Source: Escherichia coli (GTDB taxonomy: Bacteria > Pseudomonadota > Gammaproteobacteria > Enterobacterales > Enterobacteriaceae). From it: a stretch of DNA of 64,000 nt. Positions 41,755 through 51,678 of the stretch are shown here, piece after piece. How positions within the stretch are numbered: the first letter of the stretch is position 1; every line of letters starts with the position of its first letter. The notes under the pieces are model-generated. The model was not told the origin of the DNA, did no database searches, and saw only the letters and a program-made list of their open reading frames with translations. A program made the position numbers and the translations under genes. Location of the stretch: the NCBI RefSeq assembly GCF_003790525.1, contig NZ_CP033635.1. One strand, 5' to 3'.

Positions 41755-42336
41755 TTAACTGGCGTGCTGTGTGCCAGGGGATATAAAACAGGTGAATTGA
41801 TCAGCGAGTAGTGGGTAACTCGCTGCCTGGGGTAATTCGAAGTGCCACCATTCGCTCGGGATACCGACAAAGCCACCGCCAGTCATAATCGCATTCAGCA
41901 ACAGCCGATTGCGCTGAGCGGCTGGCGGGACGGAAGGGTGATAAGCATGGGAACGTTCGTGCATTTCATCGAACTCTGCACCCATATCCAGTATGTTCCC
42001 GTGCTCATCACGAAGCGTCAGGTCGATCGCCGTGCCACGGCTGTGATTAGAACCGACCGCCACATCAACAACATATTGCGGGTCTGGGCAGGCTTGCCAC
42101 AACATCGCCTGTGCTTGTTGTGGGCGATACGCATCGTAAATCACCAGTTGTAAGCCTGACAGCTGGGCGATACTGATACTTTTCGCCAGCGCGGTAATCG
42201 CATCCTTGTGTAACAGACAACGCGCTTGCTGATAAATAGCTTTACCTGTGATGTTATCAGCGCAGGCGTATTTCAGTTCGATCTCCAGATCAGGGAAGGT
42301 CACGGCTAAATCAACCAGTTCGGTGGTATCCGACAT
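41755..42336 (-). CDS. ddpX: Zn-dependent D-Ala-D-Ala dipeptidase (VanX homologue)
   Basis: 193-aa ORF with VanX-type motifs (SNHSRGTAIDLTL; EWWHFE). Confidence 0.9.
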   Translation of the reverse strand: MSDTTELVDLAVTFPDLEIELKYACADNITGKAIYQQARCLLHKDAITALAKSISIAQLSGLQLVIYDAYRPQQAQAMLWQACPDPQYVVDVAVGSNHSRGTAIDLTLRDEHGNILDMGAEFDEMHERSHAYHPSVPPAAQRNRLLLNAIMTGGGFVGIPSEWWHFELPQAASYPLLADQFTCFISPGTQHAS

Positions 42337-42593
42337 AAACGGTTCCTGTATAAGACAAAAATTGCTGCGCTTTCCGCTTATGCAGATCTCATGCCATGCC
42401 GGGATAAGCGCCAGAATGCTGGCTTAAAGTTATATTTTTTAACTTTTGATCAACATTTGTGCAGCGTAGTGCAGTTTTGGTGCAAGAGGGGAAGTTAAGG
42501 AAGGAATCTCCCGGAATCGTAGCTGAAATCACAGTATTTAAGTGACAGTGTCACGTTAAAAGAAAACCCGCGAGTGCGGGCGAGAGGAAAATG

Positions 42594-44993
42594 TCAGATT
42601 TTCAGCGGTAACACGCTGCTCATCCAGCCTGGAATTTCTTCGGCGGGTAGGGGGCGGGAAAAGAAATATCCCTGAATAACGCGACAGTGGATCTTGCGTA
42701 GCATCTCAAATTGCTCTTTGGTTTCGACGCCTTCCGCCACGACGGTTAAATTAAGGCTTTGCCCAATGCTGGTAATGGCTTCAAGTAAGGCAAGGATGCG
42801 TTTTTCGGTCAGACAACGATCGACAAAACTTTTGTCAATTTTGATTTCCGTTACTGGAAGACTGACTAAGCGGGATAATCCGGAAAAGCCCGTGCCAAAA
42901 TCATCTACCGATAAACCCACGCCCATATCGCGCAGGATCTGAATGCGCTTAAAGATTTCGGTATCGTGTTCCATCATCATGCTTTCCGTGATTTCTACCG
43001 TCAGCTGGTGGCCGTCAATACCCCAGGCTTGCATTGCATCAGACACCTGATTAGGCAGCTGATTACTGCGAAAGTGCAGCGCCGACAAGTTCACGGATAA
43101 CGCCGGGATATGAATATTCTGGCTACGCCATTCTGCTAACTGACGGCAAGCTTCCGCGATGACCCAGCGTCCAATATTTTCGATTTCACCGATCTCTTCT
43201 GCGAGAGGAATAAACCGTGAAGGGGGCACATGACCATGCAGGGGATCGTGCCAGCGAGCAAGGGCTTCGATGCCGTACAGTTCACCCGTTTCTGCGAAGA
43301 TTTGTGGCTGGTAAACCAGTTTCAGTTGGTTATTGCTAATTGCTTCTTTCAGCGCCGCGCCTAAAACCAAACGCTCTTTTACCATTTCGTTCATCGCCGG
43401 GCTGAAGAACTGCCAGCCGTTACCGCCATTTTTGCGAATAAAATCCATTGCATTGTGAGCAGTGGAGAGCAGGTAATCGCGGTTTTTACCCACGTCGTAG
43501 CTGATGCCAATGCTCAAGGTGAGCGGGAATGGTTTATCGTCAATCATTATCGGCTTGCTGACCACATTCCGTAGCTCATCGGCGATCTGCGTAATGTTAC
43601 TGACGTCGTTTTCGAGGCTCACGAGGACAAACTGCGTACCTTCGATACGACAGAGATATTGATCCGGTTTGAGTTTTTCACGAAAGCGATTGACCACTTC
43701 CAGCAATGCCTGATCGGCCCACGCATAGCCAAGGCTATCAATCACATCCTGAATATGGTCAACACCGATGAGATACACCACTGGAGAGACGGCTTTGTCG
43801 ACCAGGTCATCGAGGTAATTGTGCAGGTTATTGCGATTTGGCAGACCGGTCATCGGATCAAATTGGATGAGTTGTTCAATATGCTGACGGCTTTTTTCCT
43901 GTTCCAGCGCCAGCGCGGCCATATGCTGGCTGATATCTGCCACGCGTTCGATAAAGGCGCTGGTTTCTGCTCCTGACGAGGTTTTAATTTGCAGGATCCC
44001 CGCCGGCGCGCCATCACGCTGACGAATGGTCGCTGACCAGCTTTGCGCATTTTGAACTTCTGTACCGTGCGAAGATGACGCCCAGTGTATCGGCATCCCG
44101 TTGCGCAGCGCGTACAGCGAAACATGCGATTCGTTGAGTACAGATTCGATGTTACGACAAATGATTTCCCCCATTTCATGAAATGGCGGGCTGCTGCACA
44201 TGGCGGCGAGAATATTGCCTTCAAGCTGGCGGATTTGCCGTTCTTCGGTGATATCCGAGAAGGTCATTACCAGGTTCTGCAGATGCGCGAGCACGTCATA
44301 AACCGGGCTGATAGAGGCTTTAATCCAGATTTTTTCACCGGTGCGCGTCAACAGCAGAAATTCATCCTGATCGCGGGCGGTTTTCCATAGCAACTGTTGT
44401 AAACGAATGCGGTTATCGGCAGGGAATTCAGGAATGTTAAGGAGTGAATCGGGCTGCATACCGCTGGCTTCGCTAATGCAGTAACCAAACATTTCGGTAA
44501 ATGCGCGATTGCACTGCACAATATGGCGTTCCGGATCGAGGACAATCACCGGTCGGTCGAGATGGTCAACGGCAATAATCAATTGTCGGGTCTGTTCTTT
44601 TTGCGCCATTTCTACGCTGGCATCCCGTACCAGCGCCAGGTAATAAACTTTCCCCTCGGCGCTCACTTTCGATAGCGCAAAACGGGTCCAGATTTTACTG
44701 CCGTCTTTTTTCTCCAGCTGCAGCTCCCGACTCATCCCCTCGACGCGCGCTTTACCGCCTTCACGGTTATGACGAATGTATTCAGGATGCGCAGGACGCA
44801 AATCCCGCGGAATCAGCATATCAATGTTATTGCCAATGACTTCTTCACGTTTGTACCCCCAGAGCTTCTCTGCGGCGGGGTTGAAAAACATCACTTCATC
44901 ATTTTCGTTAATTAACACCGCACCCATCATATTTTGCTCAAGGGCGGGGAAAAAAATGCCATCGGCGGCATTATCCGCATCGGTTAGCTTCAT
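42594..44993 (-). CDS. dosP: Heme-regulated c-di-GMP phosphodiesterase (PAS-PAS-GGDEF-EAL)
   Basis: 799-aa product from MKLTDADNAADGIFF…; the EAL-domain sequence (…GIEALARW…) is present. Confidence 0.9.
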   Translation of the reverse strand: MKLTDADNAADGIFFPALEQNMMGAVLINENDEVMFFNPAAEKLWGYKREEVIGNNIDMLIPRDLRPAHPEYIRHNREGGKARVEGMSRELQLEKKDGSKIWTRFALSKVSAEGKVYYLALVRDASVEMAQKEQTRQLIIAVDHLDRPVIVLDPERHIVQCNRAFTEMFGYCISEASGMQPDSLLNIPEFPADNRIRLQQLLWKTARDQDEFLLLTRTGEKIWIKASISPVYDVLAHLQNLVMTFSDITEERQIRQLEGNILAAMCSSPPFHEMGEIICRNIESVLNESHVSLYALRNGMPIHWASSSHGTEVQNAQSWSATIRQRDGAPAGILQIKTSSGAETSAFIERVADISQHMAALALEQEKSRQHIEQLIQFDPMTGLPNRNNLHNYLDDLVDKAVSPVVYLIGVDHIQDVIDSLGYAWADQALLEVVNRFREKLKPDQYLCRIEGTQFVLVSLENDVSNITQIADELRNVVSKPIMIDDKPFPLTLSIGISYDVGKNRDYLLSTAHNAMDFIRKNGGNGWQFFSPAMNEMVKERLVLGAALKEAISNNQLKLVYQPQIFAETGELYGIEALARWHDPLHGHVPPSRFIPLAEEIGEIENIGRWVIAEACRQLAEWRSQNIHIPALSVNLSALHFRSNQLPNQVSDAMQAWGIDGHQLTVEITESMMMEHDTEIFKRIQILRDMGVGLSVDDFGTGFSGLSRLVSLPVTEIKIDKSFVDRCLTEKRILALLEAITSIGQSLNLTVVAEGVETKEQFEMLRKIHCRVIQGYFFSRPLPAEEIPGWMSSVLPLKI

Positions 44994-45017
44994 AATTACC
45001 TCTGCATCCTGACGCAT

Positions 45018-46400
45018 CTAAAGACTGGCTTTCCAGAGTTCAACACGGTTTCTACCTCGTCTTTTGGCGATATACAGAGCTTCATCGGCTATTTGAATGA
45101 GGCGCTCATAGTCAGGATGACCATTAAACATGGCGGCACCGATGGAAAGTGAGAGGGCAATATCCTCGCCGTTTGCGGCTTTCAGTTTGGTTTTCTCCAC
45201 CCGACTGCGAATACGTTCTGCGGTACGTAACGTTTCGTTTTCCGAAGCTTCAGTCAAAACAATGATAAATTCATCGCCCCCGTAGCGGAAAACATAATCA
45301 CTACTGCGGACGTTGTCATAAAAGGCCTGAGAGACTTTACGCAGAATTTCATCGCCAGTGTTATGGCCCCACGTATCGTTAATCTCTTTGAATTTATCAA
45401 CGTCAATAATCAGCACTGACAGCGGTGTACCGGTCCGGTTGGCATGGGCAATTTCGCGTTTGAAGATCGTCGGCAGGAAACGGCGGTTAAGTAATTTCGT
45501 CAGTACATCCATACCGACTTCGTGGCGCGATACTTCTTCAAACAATTCACGCAACAAGGTAATAATTTGCGATACGGTATTTCTTATCTGTAATAAAAAT
45601 TTCACCCGTAAACTTCTGTTATTCAAATTCCTGGTGTTACGCATGGTTTGATTGAAAATACCGTCGAAATCCTGAATCAGACGGGAGATATGGCCCACTT
45701 CGGCTATGCCGCTAAAATAATGTCGACCTTTATGGTTAAACCACAGGCCAAAATCAGCCTGGCTTAAAGGCAAACTACTGCCTAAATCAGAATCCAGCAG
45801 GACTTTATAGATAATATCTATTTCCCATGAAAGTATTGAGGCTATTTGCCGTTCTTTTTCTTCTTCGGCATTTTCCAGTAACGAGAAGATACGATAGTTT
45901 TCATCTTCCTTTGAGGCACTACTGTCACTAAAGGTAAACGCGCGGGTCATCACTTCCATAGCGATATCAATACTGTTAATCGAGAAATGGTAGACCTGAA
46001 GTTTTTCCGCGGCGGAATAATCCGAAGAGAAGATGACCGGATAGAGGATTTTTTTCAGCACCCGAAACCCCATCTCGACAATTTCTACCGGAATTCCTAT
46101 GCGGGCATGCACTTCCGCGACGGTATGCTGGATTTGTATTAGCCTTTCGACATCGTCAACCTGGGCAGAAAGCACGTTAATAATCCAGCGTTCCATCGCA
46201 CTTTTCAACTGCCGCTCAACTTGTTCATTACTCAAGAATTCTTCGGCATGCGGGTCGATACGGACAATTCGGTAAAACTCAATACTCAGATAATGGGCAT
46301 GCGCAACGGCAATTTCCGCGGCTTTAGCACGAATGAGCGGATCTGCTTGTTCGACAAGCCCGGTCCACTCATCTTTCATTCTTTTAAAATACATCTCCAT
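45018..46400 (-). CDS. dosC: Globin-coupled diguanylate cyclase
   Basis: 460-aa ORF with N-terminal globin sensor and C-terminal GGDEF (RYGGDEF); 24 bp upstream of dosP. Confidence 0.9.
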   Translation of the reverse strand: MEMYFKRMKDEWTGLVEQADPLIRAKAAEIAVAHAHYLSIEFYRIVRIDPHAEEFLSNEQVERQLKSAMERWIINVLSAQVDDVERLIQIQHTVAEVHARIGIPVEIVEMGFRVLKKILYPVIFSSDYSAAEKLQVYHFSINSIDIAMEVMTRAFTFSDSSASKEDENYRIFSLLENAEEEKERQIASILSWEIDIIYKVLLDSDLGSSLPLSQADFGLWFNHKGRHYFSGIAEVGHISRLIQDFDGIFNQTMRNTRNLNNRSLRVKFLLQIRNTVSQIITLLRELFEEVSRHEVGMDVLTKLLNRRFLPTIFKREIAHANRTGTPLSVLIIDVDKFKEINDTWGHNTGDEILRKVSQAFYDNVRSSDYVFRYGGDEFIIVLTEASENETLRTAERIRSRVEKTKLKAANGEDIALSLSIGAAMFNGHPDYERLIQIADEALYIAKRRGRNRVELWKASL

Positions 46401-46724
46401 AATTCACACCCTTATAAGGCTGGGAAAGCAGACGGAATCAAAACGAAACGCAACGTGCGAGATCGACTAACTGCACCATACTCTCCTGAAATATGAAGAT
46501 ATACTGAAAACAAATAAGCGACTTAGGACAGTTTCAATCTACGCTACTGTTCTTCAGAAGAGTATAGCCCATCGTAATTATTTTTCGGTGACAGCGAATA
46601 TCGTATGTTTTTTCATGTTCATACATTTTTATTAGGGGATTTATGACTGTTTAACTAAGTGTGGTTAATTGCGTAGTTAATTTGACTTAAGTAAGCATGA
46701 TTACTAGTGGGATATTTCAAGAGG

Positions 46725-46758
46725 GTAACAAGCCGGGGGGAAAGCACCGGCTTGTTAC
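46725..46758 (-). terminator. Hairpin downstream of yddW (possible terminator)
   Basis: 11-bp stem taacaagccgg/ccggcttgtta with a 10-nt loop; no clean T-run. Confidence 0.35.
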
Positions 46759-46775
46759 AAAGTAAGAATGGGAGT

Positions 46776-48095
46776 TTAACTGCCCCAACGACTTTGCAGA
46801 TAGCTGACCGCTTGTTGAGTCTGTGGCTTATTCAGATAGTCCTCACGGAACAAGATTGTGCCGCTAATTTCTGGCACGGCATCGTTAAGATCGAGCTGCT
46901 TTTTCAGTTCCGGTACGCCGCCGTTAATTATCCAGTCTGGCTCTATCTTTGAAGGTTCACCCACTTTATAGAAGGCGATACCGATATACAGGCGGGTCCT
47001 GGTCGGTTTAACGACATCCGCCCACCATTTTGCCAACACGTCATAACGCGCGGCACTCCGTGAGAATGGCCAGTAAATTTGGGGAGCAATGTAATCCAGC
47101 AACCCTTGTTCCACCCATCGACGGGTATCAGCGTAGGATTCGTCATAGGCTGCCGCGCCTCGGGTATCGGAACCGAGCGGATCGTGTGATCGGTTACGCC
47201 ACACGCCTGCCGGGCTAACGCCAAATTCGACTTCCGGCTTAATGCTTTTAATGGTGTGCGATACCTTCGCAATTAACTGCTGAGTATTGTTGCGCCGCCA
47301 GTCTGCTTTTGACGCAAATGCGCCGCCGTATTTGCGGTACGTTTCATTATCATTTAGCCGTGAACCTGGCGACTCAGTATAGAAATAGTCGTCAAACTGC
47401 ACGCCATCTACCGGATAGCGGGAAACCACTTCTGCAACTATTGATGTGATCCAGTCCTGAACCTCAGGTATGCCCGGGTCGAGGACAAAGCGATCGCCGG
47501 ACGTTCTGATCCAGTCGCGGTGTTGCACATAGACGCTCGCCGGTTGTTGAGACAGGGTGCTATTCAGTTCCCTGATAGTACCGGGCTTCGTATTAACCGA
47601 TACGCGATAGGGGTTAAACCAGACGTGTACTTTCATCCCACGCTTGTGGGCTTCGTCGAGCATGAATTGCAGCGGATCGTAACCCGGATTTTCACCAATC
47701 TTACCGGTCATAAGATCGGACCACGGCAAAATTTTCGATGGCCACAGGGCGGTACCGTCTGGCTTGACCTGGAAAAAGACCGTGTTTATGCCGAGACGTT
47801 GCAGATGATCCAGTTTGTCGATCATCGCCTGTTGTTGTACACGGGCCCGGCTGGTGGGGTTACTAATGTTAACCGAGGAAACCGGTGGCCAGTCGAGGCG
47901 AGACACCGTGGCCAGCCAGATGCCACGCATCGGTTGTGACGATTGTTGCGTCGTGGCTGGTGGCTTTGAACCCGCTGGTGGTGTCACCATGGACTCTGGA
48001 GGCGTGCTTTTACAACTACACAGTAAAAGTGCCAGTGCAACCAGTATCGCTGGTCTTCTAATCGCTAATTTCTCGTTTCGGGAGCAGATATCCAT
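46776..48095 (-). CDS. yddW: Lipoprotein YddW, glycoside-hydrolase-like
   Basis: 439-aa ORF with lipoprotein signal (…LLCSC). Confidence 0.85.
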   Translation of the reverse strand: MDICSRNEKLAIRRPAILVALALLLCSCKSTPPESMVTPPAGSKPPATTQQSSQPMRGIWLATVSRLDWPPVSSVNISNPTSRARVQQQAMIDKLDHLQRLGINTVFFQVKPDGTALWPSKILPWSDLMTGKIGENPGYDPLQFMLDEAHKRGMKVHVWFNPYRVSVNTKPGTIRELNSTLSQQPASVYVQHRDWIRTSGDRFVLDPGIPEVQDWITSIVAEVVSRYPVDGVQFDDYFYTESPGSRLNDNETYRKYGGAFASKADWRRNNTQQLIAKVSHTIKSIKPEVEFGVSPAGVWRNRSHDPLGSDTRGAAAYDESYADTRRWVEQGLLDYIAPQIYWPFSRSAARYDVLAKWWADVVKPTRTRLYIGIAFYKVGEPSKIEPDWIINGGVPELKKQLDLNDAVPEISGTILFREDYLNKPQTQQAVSYLQSRWGS

Positions 48096-48170
48096 ATGTG
48101 CTGGTTTCCGGTAAACAGATGTGCGCTCATTCTCGTACTTATCCCGGTTAAGTCAATACGACAGCAAGCA

Positions 48171-48200
48171 CGAAAAAGGGAGCGATGAATTATCGCTCCC
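48171..48200 (-). terminator. Rho-independent terminator after gadC
   Basis: Stem gggagcgat-gaatt-atcgctccc followed on the minus strand by ttttt. Confidence 0.55.
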
Positions 48201-48225
48201 TTGTCTTATAACCATTCAGACATGG

Positions 48226-49761
48226 TTAGTGTTTCTTGTCATTCATCACAATATAGTGTGGTGAACGTGCACGCGGGTGCAGGAAGAAGTGACCTTTTGG
48301 TGCGTTCTGACTGTTGATTGGCTCCAGAGTAACGCCGGTATTCCCTTTGCCTTTACGATCATGAACAGCATAGAGAATAAAGGGCAGGGCAAGTACCACC
48401 AGGAAACTCACGACCAGTAATTCAACATACATATCGGTAGAGTCACCCTGGATGTTATCCGGCGGCAGGAAGGAAACAATAAACGCCATAATTGAAGTCA
48501 GCAGACCGACAATAGCCACGACCAGTTTCACCCCTTTACCACCAGGGATATTAAATGTGCGTTTTAAGTCAGGATGTTTAAGAACCAACACAATGTAGCC
48601 AATAAACAGCATGAAATAAGCACACAGATAAATCACCACCGTCAGTGCCAGTGCGATCAGGAAGGACATGTTGTTACCGCCACCGGTATTGGTGAGGATG
48701 ATCAACGCGATAGAAGTAATCACCAGCTGCGAAATGACCAGCGTTACCGGTACGCCATTTTTGTTCATTTTAGCGAATGCTGCTGGCAGCAGGTTTTTCT
48801 GCGCTGTGACATACATCCCGCGAGAAGGACCAACAATCCAGGAAGCGATTTCCGCCAGAACACCCAGCAACAGCAGTGCGGAGATCACGCGAACCGTCCA
48901 CTCAATTTCCGGTGCCACATGTGACATCAGAACGGTAAAGGTTTGCATTACCCCTGCGGAGAGGTTGATTTCATTACCCGGAATGACCATCGCAATAGAC
49001 AAACCGCCAACAGAGCTTAAGCAGATTGCCGCTACCATCAGCAGTAACATAGCCAGTGGATAGTCGCGCCCGGGGTTGCTCATTTCATTGACGTGGGTTG
49101 CGGAAGCTTCAACGCCCATATAACTCAAAATGAAGGCAACAAATACAACCAGGGTGCCCACTTTAGAGAAGTCAGGGAAGAAGGTCTTCGCATCCATTTC
49201 GATAGCAACGGGGGCACCGGAGTGCAGATAAATAGCCGCTAATGCGATCAAAATAAATGCAGGTAACAGGATACCGGCGAAGAAGCCAACTTTAGCAATG
49301 CGCGCCGTGTATTTCGTGCCACCAAACTGCGTTAATGCCAGCGCCCAAAGAATGATGAGTGCTGCAATAGTTTTGGTAATGGGGTCTTCATTCAGCGCTG
49401 GCCATTTCAGGATGTAGGAGAGTGCCCCTAACACGAAATAGAGCATCGGAATAAAACCAATGGCGATTTGCAGATAACCAAATGAGATCGCTGCAAATCC
49501 CCATCTCGGCCCCAAAGTATTTGATACCCAGGCGAAGACGCCACCTTCTTCCCAGCCGTCGACGGTAGCCATTTCCGCAGCACAAAGTCCCACGGGAATA
49601 AACCATAAAATCCCGCCTAATAGCAGGAAGAAGACTAATGAAAAGCCCGATGTTGCGAAGGTAGGGTATTCATAAACAGCCATTACCATCGATGCCGTTA
49701 TGGCAAAGAATCCGAGTAATGTGAGCTGCTTAGCTTTACCTGTCTGTACTGATGTAGCCAT
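48226..49761 (-). CDS. gadC: Glutamate:GABA antiporter
   Basis: 511-aa APC-family transporter directly downstream of gadB. Confidence 0.92.
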   Translation of the reverse strand: MATSVQTGKAKQLTLLGFFAITASMVMAVYEYPTFATSGFSLVFFLLLGGILWFIPVGLCAAEMATVDGWEEGGVFAWVSNTLGPRWGFAAISFGYLQIAIGFIPMLYFVLGALSYILKWPALNEDPITKTIAALIILWALALTQFGGTKYTARIAKVGFFAGILLPAFILIALAAIYLHSGAPVAIEMDAKTFFPDFSKVGTLVVFVAFILSYMGVEASATHVNEMSNPGRDYPLAMLLLMVAAICLSSVGGLSIAMVIPGNEINLSAGVMQTFTVLMSHVAPEIEWTVRVISALLLLGVLAEIASWIVGPSRGMYVTAQKNLLPAAFAKMNKNGVPVTLVISQLVITSIALIILTNTGGGNNMSFLIALALTVVIYLCAYFMLFIGYIVLVLKHPDLKRTFNIPGGKGVKLVVAIVGLLTSIMAFIVSFLPPDNIQGDSTDMYVELLVVSFLVVLALPFILYAVHDRKGKGNTGVTLEPINSQNAPKGHFFLHPRARSPHYIVMNDKKH

Positions 49762-49916
49762 ATTATCCCCCTAAAACGGTATTCCTGTCGGAACCGCACC
49801 TGTTTTGTTCTGAAGCGTATTCAGAACAATATTTTCCGTTGCTAATGCCAGTGAACAGACTTTGGAAATTGTCCCGAAACGGGTGTGTTTCGGGACACCG
49901 TTACCGTTAAACGTTA

Positions 49917-51317
49917 TCAGGTATGTTTAAAGCTGTTCTGCTGGGCAATACCCTGCAGTTTCGGGTGATCGCTGAGATATTTCAGGGAGGCTTTGTAGTC
50001 TTCCAGCAACAGTTCAGCAAAGTCCATTTCGAAGCCGCGACGACACATAATGCGCATCACCACGATGTCAGTGGCTTCACCGCCGAGAGTGAAGGCCGGA
50101 ACCTGCCAGCCGCGCAGACGCAGACGTTCAGAGAGGTCGTAGAGGGTGTATCCCGGATCTTCACCATCTTTCAGTTTGAAGCAAACCGCCGGGATGCCTT
50201 CGTCCGGGCGACCGGTACAGATAAACTCATACGGTCCCAGTTTGGCGATTTCATCCGCCAGATAAGCGGCAACCTGGTAGGAAGCGTTCTGTACTTTGGT
50301 ATAGCCTTCACGACCGAGGCGCAGGAATTCATAGTACTGTGCAATCACCTGACCCGCCGGGCGGGAGAAGTTGATGGCGAAAGTCCCAATCTGACCGCCG
50401 AGGTAGTCAACGTTGAACACCAGTTCCTGCGGCAGCGCTTCTTCATCACGCCAGATAACCCAGCCGCAGCCCAGCGGAGCCAGACCGAATTTATGGCCTG
50501 AAGCACTGATCGATTTCACACGCGGCAGGCGGAAGTCCCAGACGATATCCGGGGCGACGAACGGTGCCAGGAAGCCACCGCTGGCGGCGTCGATGTGCAT
50601 GTCGATGTCGATACCGGTGTCGGCCTGGAATTTATCCAGCGCATCGTGCAGCGGCTGCGGGAACTCATAGTTACCGGTGTAGGTCACGCCGAAAGTCGGC
50701 ACCACGCCGATGGTATTTTCGTCGCAGGCTTCAATCATGCGTTTCGGGTCCATAAACAACTGACCGGGGCGCATAGGGATCTCACGCAACTCCACATCCC
50801 AGTAGCGGGCGAATTTATGCCAGCAGATTTGCACCGGACCGCACACCAGGTTTGGTTTATCCGTTGGTTTGCCTGCAGCTTCCATACGCTTGCGCCAACG
50901 CCATTTCATCGCCATCCCGCCAAGCATACAGGCCTCGGAAGAACCAATGGTGTTGGTGCCAACGGCCTGACCATTTTTCGGCGCAGGCGCATGCCACAGA
51001 TCGGCAACCATGTTTACGCAACGCAGGTCGATGGCTGCGGATTGCGGATATTCTTCTTTGTCGATCCAGTTTTTGTTAATGGATAAATCCATCAACTTGT
51101 GGACGTTTTCGTCGTCCCAGGTCTGGCAGAAAGTGGCCAGGTTCTGACGAGCGTTGCCATCAAGATATAATTCGTCATTGATAATCTGAAATGCGACATC
51201 GTCGCGCATTTCGTGCAGCGGAAAACGTTTTGATTCTGCGATAGTGGAAATAGACTTTGCACCAAAACGTGAATCGAGTAGTTCCGACCTTAAATCCGTT
51301 ACTTGCTTCTTATCCAT
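49917..51317 (-). CDS. gadB: Glutamate decarboxylase beta (PLP-dependent)
   Basis: 466-aa product from [18 protein letters not shown]…; PLP-lysine context ([10 protein letters not shown]). Confidence 0.92.
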   Translation of the reverse strand: MDKKQVTDLRSELLDSRFGAKSISTIAESKRFPLHEMRDDVAFQIINDELYLDGNARQNLATFCQTWDDENVHKLMDLSINKNWIDKEEYPQSAAIDLRCVNMVADLWHAPAPKNGQAVGTNTIGSSEACMLGGMAMKWRWRKRMEAAGKPTDKPNLVCGPVQICWHKFARYWDVELREIPMRPGQLFMDPKRMIEACDENTIGVVPTFGVTYTGNYEFPQPLHDALDKFQADTGIDIDMHIDAASGGFLAPFVAPDIVWDFRLPRVKSISASGHKFGLAPLGCGWVIWRDEEALPQELVFNVDYLGGQIGTFAINFSRPAGQVIAQYYEFLRLGREGYTKVQNASYQVAAYLADEIAKLGPYEFICTGRPDEGIPAVCFKLKDGEDPGYTLYDLSERLRLRGWQVPAFTLGGEATDIVVMRIMCRRGFEMDFAELLLEDYKASLKYLSDHPKLQGIAQQNSFKHT

Positions 51318-51396
51318 TTTAAACTCCTTAAAATGATTGGATCGCATTAAAAAAGTAGGATTTATCGATAAAGTAAGCAAGTGCAAAGGACTCGTG

Positions 51397-51416
51397 TTTA
51401 AATAACAAAATCCTAA
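51397..51416 (-). promoter_or_regulatory. GAD box (GadE/RcsB site) upstream of gadBC
   Basis: Minus-strand sequence ttaggattttgttatttaaa matches the 20-bp GAD box, about 80-100 bp upstream of the gadB ATG. Confidence 0.7.
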
Positions 51417-51678
51417 TGTTATTTATCGCGAGATATTATGCGAATTATATTTTATCATTGAAAATCAATATATTATTGAATTCTTGGGTGGTGGCAAGGT
51501 GTTTTATGCTGTTATTTTTATGCACTTTCTACGCCTCCTGAATTATCACGTAAAAATCAGACCTTAAAATATCACTATTAGCACTCGGCTATTATTTTGA
51601 ACGCATTTATAAAATTATTACATAAAAATGGCGAATATTGCTAAAATCCCCGCCAACGAGGTGTTGACGGGGCTGTTA

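Noticed and set aside
49871-49896. Inverted repeat gtcccgaaac-gggtgtg-tttcgggac between gadB and gadC
   Set aside because: It forms a good stem but has no adjacent T-run on the transcribed strand, and gadB and gadC are expected to be co-transcribed. It may be an attenuator or processing structure, but I could not support a terminator call.
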